Below, in pieces: positions 1 through 11,101 of a stretch of 64,000 nucleotides of DNA. The notes below the pieces were generated by a model. The model ran no database searches. It was not told the origin of the DNA and was given only the letters and a program-made list of their open reading frames with translations. The stretch is from Azolla caroliniana. Its lineage: Eukaryota; Plantae; Polypodiophyta. Location: the NCBI GenBank assembly GCA_043228905.1, contig JBHGNT010000008.1, positions 248,001 through 312,000 of the forward strand, given 5' to 3'. The position numbers and the translations under genes are program-made. The first letter of the stretch is position 1; every line of letters starts with the position of its first letter.

Positions 1-3000
1 CTAAAATCCGATATCACATGGGCCAGGTATGAATATTTTAATTTACTCTCGGGCTCTTCTCAACTCCCTCCTCAAATTTGGTTATTTCTTCATGTCTCTG
101 AACGTGAGTTTCAAAATCCTTATTTTTTACTTCCATATGATAGCTAACATTTTAAGCTTAGATTCAAATGTTTGAACACTAAAATCCAATATCACATGGG
201 ACAGGTATGAACATTTTAATCTACTCTCGGGCTCTTCTCAACTCCCTCCTCAAATTTGGTAATTTCTTCATGTCTCTCGACCTGAGTTTCGAAAGCTTGA
301 TTTTTTAATTCCATATCATAAGTAGCATTGTTAGCTTCGATTCGCATGTTTGAACACAAAAATCCGATATCACATGGGCAAGGTATGAACATTTTAATTT
401 ACTCTCGGGCTCTTCTCAACTCCCTCCTCTAATTTGGTAATTTCTTCATATCTCTCGACCTGAGTTTCAAAAGCTTGATTTTCTAATTCCATATCATAGC
501 TAGCATTGTTAGCTTCGATTCGCATGTTTGAACACTCAAATCCGATATCACATGGGCCAGGTATGAACATTTTAATTTACTCTCGGGCTCTTCTCAACTC
601 CCTCCTCAAATTTGGTTATTTCTTCATGTCTCTGAACGTGAGTTTCAAAATCCTTATTTTTTACTTCCATATGATAGGTAACATTTTAAGCTTAGATTCA
701 AATGTTTGAACACTAAAATCCAATATCACATGGGACAGGTATGAACATTTTAATCTACTCTCGGGCTCTTCTCAACTCCCTCCTCAAATTTGGTAATTTC
801 TTCATGTCTCTCGACCTGAGTTTCGAAAGCTTGATTTTTTAATTCCATATCATAAGTAGCATTGTTAGCTTCGATTCGCATGTTTGAACACAAAAATCCG
901 ATATCACATGGGCAAGGTATGAACATTTTAATTTACTCTCGGGCTCTTCTCAACTCCCTCCTCTAATTTGGTAATTTCTTCATATCTCTCGACCTGAGTT
1001 TCAAAAGCTTGATTTTCTAATTCCATATCATAGCTAGCATTGTTAGCTTCGATTCGCATGTTTGAACACTCAAATCCGATATCACATGGGCCAGGTATGA
1101 ACATTTTAATTTACTCTCGGGCTCTTCTCAACTCCCTCCTCAAATTTGGTTATTTCTTCATGTCTCTGAACGTGAGTTTCAAAATCCTTATTTTTTACTT
1201 CCATATGATAGGTAACATTTTAAGCTTAGATTCAAATGTTTCAACACTAAAATCCAATATCACATGGGACAGGTATGAACATTTTAATCTACTCACGGGC
1301 TCTTCTCAACTCCCTCCTCAAATTTGGTAATTTCTTCATGTCTCTCGACCTGAGTTTCGAAAGCTTGATTTTTTAATTCCATATCATAAGTAGCATTGTT
1401 AGCTTCGATTCGCATGTTTGAACACAAAAATCCGATATCACATGGGCAAGGTATGAACATTTTAATTTACTCTCGGGCTCTTCTCAATCCCTCCTCTAAT
1501 TTGGTAATTTGTTCATGTCTCTTGACCTGAGTTTCAAAAGCTTCATTTTTTAATTCCATATCATAGCTAGCATTGTTAGCTTCGATTCGCCTGTTTGAAC
1601 ACTAAAATCCGATATTCAATGGGCCAGTTATGAACATTTCAATTTACTCTCGGCCTCTTCTCAATTCCTCCTCTAATTTGGTAATTTCTTCATGTCTCTC
1701 GACCTGAGTTTCAAAATCTTGATTTTTTAATTCCATATCATTGCTAGCATTGTTAGCTTCGATTCGCCTGTTTGAACACTAAAATCCGATCTCACATGGG
1801 CCAGTTATGAACATTTTAATTTACTCTTGGCCTCTTCTCTACTCCTTCCTCTAATTTGGTAATTTCTTCATGTCTTTCGACATGAGTTTCAAAAGATTAA
1901 TTTTTTAATTCCATATCATAGGTAGCATTGTTAGCTTCGATTCGCATGTTTGAACACTAAAATCCTATATCACATGGGCCAGGTATGAACATTTTAATTT
2001 ACTCATGCGCTCTTCTCAATCCCTCCTTTAATTTGGTAATTTCTTCATGTCTCTCGACATGAGTTTCAAAATCTTGATTTTTTAATTCCATATCATAGCT
2101 ATCGTTGTTAGCTTCCATTCGCATGTTTGAACACTAATATCCGATATCACATGGGCCAGGTATGAACATTTTAATTTACTCTCGGGCTCTTCTCAACTCC
2201 CTCCTCAAATTTGGTTATTTCTTCATGTCTCTGAACGTGAGTTTCAAAATCCTTATTTTTTACTTCCATATGATAGGTAACATTTTAAGCTTAGATTCAA
2301 ATGTTTGAACACTAAAATCCAATATCACATGGGACAGGTATGAACATTTTAATCTACTCTCGGGCTCTTCTCAACTCCCTCCTCAAATTTGGTAATTTCT
2401 TCATGTCTCTCGACCTGAGTTTCGAAAGCTTTATTTTTTAATTCCATATCATAAGTAGCATTGTTAGCTTCGATTCGCATGTTTGAACACAAAAATCCGA
2501 TATCACATGGGCAAGGTATGAACATTTTAATTTACTCTCGGGCTCTTCTCAACTCCCTCCTCTAATTTGGTAATTTCTTCATATCTCTCGACCTGAGTTT
2601 CAAAAGCTTGATTTTCTAATTCCATATCATAGCTAGCATTGTTAGCTTCGATTCGCATGTTTGAACACTAAAATCCGATATCACATGGGCCAGGTATGAA
2701 CATTTTAATTTACTCTCGGGCTCTTCTCAACTCCCTCCTCAAATTTGGTTATTTCTTCATGTCTCTGAACGTGAGTTTCAAAATCCTTATTTTTTACTTC
2801 CATATGATAGGTAACATTTTAAGCTTAGATTCAAATGTTTCAACACTAAAATCCAATATCACATGGGACAGGTATGAACATTTTAATCTACTCACGGGCT
2901 CTTCTCAACTCCCTCCTCAAATTTGGTAATTTCTTCATGTCTCTCGACCTGAGTTTCGAAAGCTTGATTTTTTAATTCCATATCATAAGTAGCATTGTTA

Positions 3001-6000
3001 GCTTCGATTCGCATGTTTGAACACAAAAATCCGATATCACATGGGCAAGGTATGAACATTTTAATTTACTCTCGGGCTCTTCTCAATCCCTCCTCTAATT
3101 TGGTAATTTGTTCATGTCTCTTGACCTGAGTTTCAAAAGCTTCATTTTTTAATTCCATATCATAGCTAGCATTGTTAGCTTCGATTCGCCTGTTTAAACA
3201 CTAAAATCCGATATTCAATGGGCCAGTTATGAACATTTCAATTTACTCTCGGCCTCTTCTCAATTCCTCCTCTAATTTGGTAATTTCTTCATGTCTCTCG
3301 ACCTGAGTTTCAAAATCTTGATTTTTTAATTCCATATCATTGCTAGCATTGTTAGCTTCGATTCGCCTGTTTGAACACTAAAATCCGATCTCACATGGGC
3401 CAGTTATGAACATTTTAATTTACTCTTGGCCTCTTCTCTACTCCTTCCTCTAATTTGGTAATTTCTTCATGTCTTTCGACATGAGTTTCAAAAGATTAAT
3501 TTTTTAATTCCATATCATAGGTAGCATTGTTAGCTTCGATTCGCATGTTTGAACACTAAAATCCTATATCACATGGGCCAGGTATGAACATTTTAATTTA
3601 CTCATGCGCTCTTCTCAATCCCTCCTTTAATTTGGTAATTTCTTCATGTCTCTCGACATGAGTTTCAAAATCTTGATTTTTTAACTCCATATCATAGCTA
3701 TCGTTGTTAGCTTCCATTCGCATGTTTGAACACTAATATCCGATATCACATGGGCCAGGTATGAACATTTTAATTTACTCTCGGGCTCTTCTCAACTCCC
3801 TCCTCAAATTTGGTTATTTCTTCATGTCTCTGAACGTGAGTTTCAAAATCCTTATTTTTTACTTCCATATGATAGGTAACATTTTAAGCTTAGATTCAAA
3901 TGTTTGAACACTAAAATCCAATATCACATGGGACAGGTATGAACATTTTAATCTACTCTCGGGCTCTTCTCAACTCCCTCCTCAAATTTGGTAATTTCTT
4001 CATGTCTCTCGACCTGAGTTTCGAAAGCTTTATTTTTTAATTCCATATCATAAGTAGCATTGTTAGCTTCGATTCGCATGTTTGAACACAAAAATCCGAT
4101 ATCACATGGGCAAGGTATGAACATTTTCATTTACTCTCGGGCTCTTCTCAACTCCCTCCTCTAATTTGGTAATTTCTTTATATCTCTCGACCTGAGTTTC
4201 CAAAGCTTGATTTTCTAATGCCATATCATAGCTAGCATTGTTAGCTTCGATTCGCATGTTTGAACACTCAAATCCAATATCACATGGGCCAGGTATGAAC
4301 ATTTTAATTTACTCTCGGGCTCTTCTCAACTCCCTCCTCTAATTTGGTAATTTCTTCATATCTCTCGACCTGAGTTTCCAGAGCTTGATTTTCTAATGCC
4401 ATATCATAGCTAGCATTGTTAGCTTCGATTTGCATGTTTGAACACTAAAATCCTATATCACATGGGCCAGGTATGAACATTTTAATTTACTCATGCGCTC
4501 TTCTCAATCCCTCCTTTAATTTGGTAATTTCTTCATGTCTCTCGACATGAGTTTCAAAATCTTGATTTTTTAATTCCATATCATAGCTATCGTTGTTAGC
4601 TTCCATTCGCATGTTTCAACACTAAAATCCGATATCACATGGGCCAGGTATGAATATTTTAATTTACTCTCGGGCTCTTCTCAACTCCCTCCTCAAATTT
4701 GGTTATTTCTTCATGTCTCTGAACGTGAGTTTCAAAATCCTTATTTTTTACTTCCATATGATAGCTAACATTTTAAGCTTAGATTCAAATGTTTGAACAC
4801 TAAAATCCAATATCACATGGGACAGGTATGAACATTTTAATCTACTCTCGGGCTCTTCTCAACTCCCTCCTCAAATTTGGTAATTTCTTCATGTCTCTCG
4901 ACCTGAGTTTCGAAAGCTTGATTTTTTAATTCCATATCATAAGTAGCATTGTTAGCTTCGATTGGCATGTTTGAACACAAAAATCCGACATCACATGGGC
5001 AAGGTATGAACATTTTAATTTACTCTCGGGCTCTTCTCAACTCCCTCCTCTAATTTGGTAATTTCTTCATATCTCTCGACCTGAGTTTCAAAAGCTTGAT
5101 TTTCTAATTCCATATCATAGCTAGCATTGTTAGCTTCGATTCGCATGTTTGAACACTCAAATCCGATATCACATGGGCCAGGTATGAACATTTTAATTTA
5201 CTCTCGGGCTCTTCTCAACTCCCTCCTCAAATTTGGTTATTTCTTCATGTCTCTGAACGTGAGTTTCAAAATCCTTATTTTTTACTTCCATATGATAGGT
5301 AACATTTTAAGCTTAGATTCAAATGTTTCAACACTAAAATCCAATATCACATGGGACAGGTATGAACATTTTAATCTACTCACGGGCTCTTCTCAACTCC
5401 CTCCTCAAATTTGGTAATTTCTTCATGTCTCTCGACCTGAGTTTCGAAAGCTTGATTTTTTAATTCCATATCATAAGTAGCATTGTTAGCTTCGATTCGC
5501 ATGTTTGAACACAAAAATCCGATATCACATGGGCAAGGTATGAACATTTTAATTTACTCTCGGGCTCTTCTCAACTCCCTCCTCTAATTTGCTAATTTCT
5601 TCATATCTCTCGACCTGAGTTTCCAAAGCTTGATTTTCTAATGCTATATCATAGCTAGCATTGTTAGCTTCGATTCGCATGTTTGAACACTCAAATCCAA
5701 TATCACATGGGCCAGGTATGAACATTTTAATTTACTCTCGGGCTCTTCTCAACTCCCTCCTCTAATTTGGTAATTTCTTCATATCTCTCGACCTGAGTTT
5801 CCAGAGCTTGATTTTCTAATGCCATATCATAGCTAGCATTGTTAGCTTCGATTCGCATGTTTGAACACTAAAATCCTATATCACATGGGCCAGGTATGAA
5901 CATTTTAATTTACTCATGCGCTCTTCTCAATCCCTCCTTTAATTTGGTAATTTCTTCATGTCTCTCGACATGAGTTTCAAAATCTTGATTTTTAATTCCA

Positions 6001-9000
6001 TATCATAGCTATCGTTGTTAGCTTCCATTCGCATGTTTGAACACTAAAATCCGATATCACATGGGCCAGGTATGAACATTTTAATTTACTCTCGGGCTCT
6101 TCTCAACTCCCTCCTCAAATTTGGTTATTTCTTCATGTCTCTGAACGTGAGTTTCAAAATCCTTATTTTTTACTTCCATATGATAGCTAACATTTTAAAC
6201 TTAGATTCAAATGTTTGAACACCAAAATCCAATATCACATGGGACAGGTATGAACATTTTAATCTACTCTCGGGCTCTTCTCAACTCCCTCCTCAAATTT
6301 GGTAATTTCTTCATGTCTCTCGACCTGAGTTTCGAAAGCTTGATTTTTTAATTCCATATCATAAGTAGCATTGTTAGCTTCGATTGGCATGTTTGAACAC
6401 AAAAATCCGATATCACATGGGCAAGGTATGAACATTTTAATTTACTCTCGGACTCTTCTCAACTCCCTCCTCTAATTTGGTAATTTCTTCATATCTCTCG
6501 ACCTGAGTTTCAAAAGCTTGATTTTCTAATTCCATATCATAGCTAGCATTGTTAGCTTCGATTCGCATGTTTGAACACTCAAATCCGATATCACATGGGC
6601 CAGGTATGAACATTTTAATTTTCTCTCGGGCTCTTCTCAACTCCCTCCTCAAATTTGGTTATTTCTTCATGTCTCTTGACGTGAGTTTCAAAAGCTTGAT
6701 TTTTGAATTCCATATCATAGGTAGCTTTGCTAGCTTCGATTCGCATGTTTGAACACAAAAATCCGATATCACATGCGCCAGGTATAAACATTTTAATTTA
6801 CTCTCGGGCTCTTCTCTACTCCCTCCTCTAATTTTGGAATTTCTTCATGTCTCTCGACCTGAGTTTCAAAATCTTGATTTTTGATCTGCATAACATAGCT
6901 CGCATTGTTAACTTCGGTTCGCATATTTGAACACTAAAATCCGATATCACATGGGCCAGGTATGAACATTTTAATTTACTCTCGGCCTCTTCTCTACTCC
7001 CCCCTCTAATTTGGTAATTTCTTCATGTCTCTCGACCTGAGTTTCAAAACCTTGATTTTTTAATTCCATATCATAGCTAACATTCTTAGCTTCGATTCTC
7101 ATGTTTGAACACTAAAATCCGATATCACATGGGCCAGGTATGAACATTTTAATTTACTCTCGGGCTCTTCTCAATCCCTCCTCTAATTTGGTAATTTGTT
7201 CATGTCTCTTGACCTGAGTTTCAAAAGCTTCATTTTTTAATTCCATATCATAGCTAGCATTGTTAGCTTCGATTCGCCTGTTTGAACACTAAAATCCGAT
7301 ATTCAATGGGCCAGTTATGAACATTTCAATTTACTCTCGGCCTCTTCTCAATTCCTCCTCTAATTTGGTAATTTCTTCATGTCTCTCGACCTGAGTTTCA
7401 AAATCTTGATTTTTTAATTCCATATCATTGCTAGCATTGTTAGCTTCGATTCGCCTGTTTGAACACTAAAATCCGATCTCACATGGGCCAGTTATGAACA
7501 TTTTAATTTACTCTTGGCCTCTTCTCTACTCCTTCCTCTAATTTGGTAATTTCTTCATGTCTTTCGACATGAGTTTCAAAAGATTAATTTTTTAATTCCA
7601 TATCATAGGTAGCATTGTTAGCTTCGATTCGCATGTTTGAACACTAAAATCCTATATCACATGGGCCAGGTATGAACATTTTAATTTACTCATGCGCTCT
7701 TCTCAATCCCTCCTTTAATTTGGTAATTTCTTCATGTCTCTCGACATGAGTTTCAAAATCTTGATTTTTTAATTCCATATCATAGCTATCGTTGTTAGCT
7801 TCCATTCGCATGTTTGAACACTAATATCCGATATCACATGGGCCAGGTATGAACATTTTAATTTACTCTCGGGCTCTTCTCAACTCCCTCCTCAAATTTG
7901 GTTATTTCTTCATGTCTCTGAACGTGAGTTTCAAAATCCTTATTTTTTACTTCCATATGATAGCTAACATTTTAAGCTTAGATTCAAATGTTTGAACACT
8001 AAAATCCAATATCACATGGGACAGGTATGAACATTTTAATCTACTCTCGGGCTCTTCTCAACTCCCTCCTCAAATTTGGTAATTTCTTCATGTCTCTCGA
8101 CCTGAGTTTCGAAAGCTTTATTTTTTAATTCCATATCATAAGTAGCATTGTTAGCTTCGATTCGTATGTTTGAACACAAAAATCCGATATCACATGGGCA
8201 AGGTATGAACATTTTCATTTACTCTCGGGCTCTTCTCAACTCCCTCCTCTAATTTGGTAATTTCTTCATATCTCTCGACCTGAGTTTCCAAAGCTTGATT
8301 TTCTAATGCCATATCATAGCTAGCATTGTTAGCTTCGATTCGCATGTTTGAACACTCAAATCCAATATCACATGGACCAGGTATGAACATTTTAATTTAC
8401 TCTCGGGCTCTTCTCAACTCCCTCCTCTAATTTGGTAATTTCTTCATATCTCTCGACCTGAGTTTCCAGAGCTTGATTTTCTAATGCCATATCATAGCTA
8501 GCATTGTTAGCTTCGATTCGCATGTTTGAACACTAAAATCCTATATCACATGGGCCAGGTATGAACATTTTAATTTACTCATGCGCTCTTCTCAATCCCT
8601 CCTTTAATTTGGTAATTTCTTCATGTCTCTCGACATGAGTTTCAAAATCTTGATTTTTTAATTCCATATCATAGCTATCGTTGTTAGCTTCCATTCGCAT
8701 GTTTCAACACTAAAATCCGATATCACATGGGCCAGGTATGAACATTTTAATTTACTCTCGGGCTCTTCTCAACTCCCTCCTCAAATTTGGTTATTTCTTC
8801 ATGTCTCTGAACGTGAGTTTCAAAATCCTTATTTTTTACTTTCATATGATAGCTAACATTTTAAGCTTAGATTCAAATGTTTGAACACTAAAATCCAATA
8901 TCACATGGGACAGGTATGAACATTTTAATCTACTCTCGGGCTCTTCTCAACTCCCTCCTCAAATTTGGTAATTTCTTCATGTCTCTCGACCTGAGTTTCG

Positions 9001-9416
9001 AAAGCTTGATTTTCTAATGCCATATCATAGCTAGCATTGTTAGCTTCGATTCGCATGTTTGAACACTCAAATCCAATATCACATGGGCCAGGTATGAACA
9101 TTTTAATTTACTCTCGGGCTCTTCTCAACTCCCTCCTCTAATTTGGTAATTTCTTCATATCTCTCGACCTGAGTTTCCAGAGCTTGATTTTCTAATGCCA
9201 TATCATAGCTAGCATTGTTAGCTTCGATTCGCATGTTTGAACACTAAAATTCTATATCACATGGGCCAGGTATGAAAATTTTAATTTACTCATGCGCTCT
9301 TCTCAATCCCTCCTTTAATTTGGTAATTTCTTCATGTCTCTCGACATGAGTTTCAAAATCTTGATTTTTTAATTCCATATCATAGCTATCGTTGTTAGCT
9401 TCCATTCGCATGTTTG
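1..9416 (+). repeat. 178-bp tandem satellite array, segment 1 (centromere-like)
   Basis: CTAAAATCC at 1 recurs at 179. The monomer core GTTTGAACACTAAAATCCGATATCACATGGGCCAGGTATGAACATTTTAATTTACTCTCGGGCTCTTCTC repeats head-to-tail. The same spurious ORF start recurs at 506 and 1040 (3x178). Centromeric function is inferred only from monomer size and organisation. Confidence 0.97.
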
Positions 9417-9487
9417 TGTCATAACTAGACTCGAACCCATAACCTTTTGTTACACGGGTCGAGACTTTACCATTAGGTTATGAGTTG
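9417..9487 (-). other. tRNA-like Pol III A-box/B-box cassette at the U3 terminus, antisense to the element (also 14678-14748 -, 50782-50852 +, 56080-56150 +)
   Basis: Minus strand reads A-box-like TAACCTAATGG (9480-9470) and B-box GGTTCGAGTC (9437-9428) at canonical tRNA positions 8-19 and 52-61. The stems are degenerate, so this is not a functional tRNA gene. Confidence 0.6.
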
Positions 9488-9539
9488 TAATTTGAAGGAT
9501 ATTATTTTCATTTAGGTTTTATTAGGAAATTGATGTATA

Positions 9540-9587
9540 TTCCAGATTTCTCTGGAACATTCTAGAAACTTCAGGAGTATTCCTGAA
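9540..9587. promoter_or_regulatory. Heat-shock element array of 10 in-phase alternating nTTCn/nGAAn units (also 14801-14848, 50682-50729, 55980-56027)
   Basis: TTC-ca-GAt-tt-cTC-tg-GAA-ca-TTC-ta-GAA-ac-TTC-ag-GAg-ta-TTC-ct-GAA. Seven of ten units are perfect, including four consecutive ones. Ends 5 bp before the TATA box. Confidence 0.8.
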
Positions 9588-9592
9588 GACAC

Positions 9593-9599
9593 TATAAAA
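9593..9599 (+). promoter_or_regulatory. TATA box of the LTR promoter
   Basis: TATAAAA, starting 33 nt upstream of the PBS-complementary sequence that is the predicted transcript 5' end. Confidence 0.75.
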
Positions 9600-9706
9600 G
9601 GAGGCGCAAGGCATTAGTTCGAACCAAATCAGTTCAACGCCAGTCTTAAGCCTTCTAACTACTGTTGTATATCTTCCGTCATATAATACATATATCTTTC
9701 GCATCA

Positions 9707-9710
<4 letters not shown>

Positions 9711-9746
<36 letters not shown>
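9711..9746 (+). repeat. (TC)n microsatellite within the LTR
   Basis: (TC)18 here, (TC)20 in the 3' LTR, and (GA)17 and (GA)16 in the two LTRs of copy 2. Confidence 0.95.
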
Positions 9747-9750
<4 letters not shown>

Positions 9751-9844
9751 ACTCATTCCTTCTCTCAAAGTTCGACACCTCTCATAGTACTAATCCTTCT
9801 TTTAGTACTAATTCCTTCTCTGCCTTAATAGAGTTCCTGACAGT

Positions 9845-9856
9845 TTGAACCGATTT
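9845..9856 (+). other. Primer-binding site, self-priming (Tf1-type)
   Basis: TTGAACCGATTT lies 2 nt after the LTR end and lacks the TGG complementary to tRNA CCA. It is the exact reverse complement of LTR sequence AAATCGGTTCAA (14887-14898; one mismatch in the 9626-9637 copy). Confidence 0.8.
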
Positions 9857-9931
9857 CTCCCTACTAGTCTCCCTCTTCCTTCTGTCTCTCTCCTTTCCTA
9901 CTAGTCTCTTATTTCCCTTTTCCTTCATCCC

Positions 9932-11101
9932 ATGGCCACCGTTAGCGCTGAAGAGTATCAATCCGTTTTCTCGGAATTTCAATGCTTGAAAGAGAAGTTT
10001 CATGCTTTGGAACAAGAAAATCAACGCTTGTTGGGGGATCTTCAGCAAATTTCCTTAGAAAAGCAGCAAACGCAACAACAGCATGGGGAACTTGCGTTAC
10101 GCGTGCAACAACTCGAAGCAACCATCGTAGCAATGCAACAACAAGGGCACGGAGCACAAGGGATTCATAAAGAACCCAAGATTGGCCTTCCCACGAAGTT
10201 CGATGGAACGCGATCGCAGTTTAGAGGGTTTCTTAACCAGGTACGGTTAGTTATTCAAATGCATCCGTCCCGATATCCCACCGATGCATCACGAGTCGGT
10301 TTAGTAGGCACGTTGTTAAATGGCTCAGCATTAGCATGGTTCGCTCCGCTACTAGAAAAGGAATCTCCAGTACTAAATAATTTTGAAGAATTCATAAGTG
10401 AGTTTAAAGCATGTTTTGGAGATACTGACAGCATAAGGACTGCAATCAACAAAATCCGGCGATTACGCCAAGGTGACCGTCCAGCCTCCGCATATGCTGC
10501 AGATTTCCGCCTACTCGCCGCCGATATCCCCTGGGATGATCAAGCATTGATGGAGCAGTTCCGCTATGGTCTACGCAACGATGTCAAGGATTTACTCTTG
10601 ACTTTCCCTGAAGAGCCAAAATCATTAACAGAAGCAATCAGTCGAGCGGTCAGATGTGACAACCGCCTCTTCGAGCGACGTTCGGAACGACAATTTCAGA
10701 TGCCGAGGGCAAGATCCGAGCCTACCTATGCCTCAATGGTAGCGAAACCTTTTCAAAGGGAGTCACATAATGCGCCTCCAGTAAGTACTCCAACTCCAAT
10801 GGAAATTGACACTACACGTCGTCGTGGGCCGCTATCGGAGGAGGAAAAGCAACGACGCCGAACAAACCGATTATGCCTTTATTGCGGTGGACCAGGGCAT
10901 ATCGCGATAAACTGTCCCCATAGACCAAGAAGGCAGGTAAACCAAGTCATTGTTAGTTCTGACTATACTAAACCCGAGTCTATGTCAGTAGGAATCTCTG
11001 ATAATCCTCATAGTCATAATAGTCCTAATAGTACTAATAGTCCGAATCTCGCAAACAAATTTGATGTCCTTAGCCAATTAGAAGAAGAGTTAAACGACTA
11101 A
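9932..11101 (+). CDS. gag: Gag polyprotein (N-terminal coiled coil, Ty3-type capsid, CCHC zinc knuckle), 389 aa
   Basis: ATG in CCCATGG context. Q/E/L-rich heptad N-terminus, KFDG capsid motif, LRQG major-homology-like region, and CLYCGGPGHIAINC (CX2CX4HX4C). Confidence 0.95.
   Translation: MATVSAEEYQSVFSEFQCLKEKFHALEQENQRLLGDLQQISLEKQQTQQQHGELALRVQQLEATIVAMQQQGHGAQGIHKEPKIGLPTKFDGTRSQFRGFLNQVRLVIQMHPSRYPTDASRVGLVGTLLNGSALAWFAPLLEKESPVLNNFEEFISEFKACFGDTDSIRTAINKIRRLRQGDRPASAYAADFRLLAADIPWDDQALMEQFRYGLRNDVKDLLLTFPEEPKSLTEAISRAVRCDNRLFERRSERQFQMPRARSEPTYASMVAKPFQRESHNAPPVSTPTPMEIDTTRRRGPLSEEEKQRRRTNRLCLYCGGPGHIAINCPHRPRRQVNQVIVSSDYTKPESMSVGISDNPHSHNSPNSTNSPNLANKFDVLSQLEEELND

Larger units (their letters stand above)
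9417..9842 (+). repeat. 5' LTR of copy 1 (426 bp; 41-bp U5 deletion)
   Basis: Starts TGTCATAAC and ends CCTGACA. Direct repeat of 14678-15148 except a 41-bp deletion, (TC)18 versus (TC)20, and G>A at 9631. Confidence 0.95.

Noticed and set aside
1-178. Identity with Arabidopsis CEN178 or primate alpha satellite, or a CENP-B box
   Set aside because: Only the length is similar. I recognise no sequence match and found no TTCGNNNNANNCGGG in the monomer.
9522-9752. Antisense ER-repeat ORFs in the LTRs
   Set aside because: Translation of the (GA)n microsatellite, with a start that varies between LTR copies.
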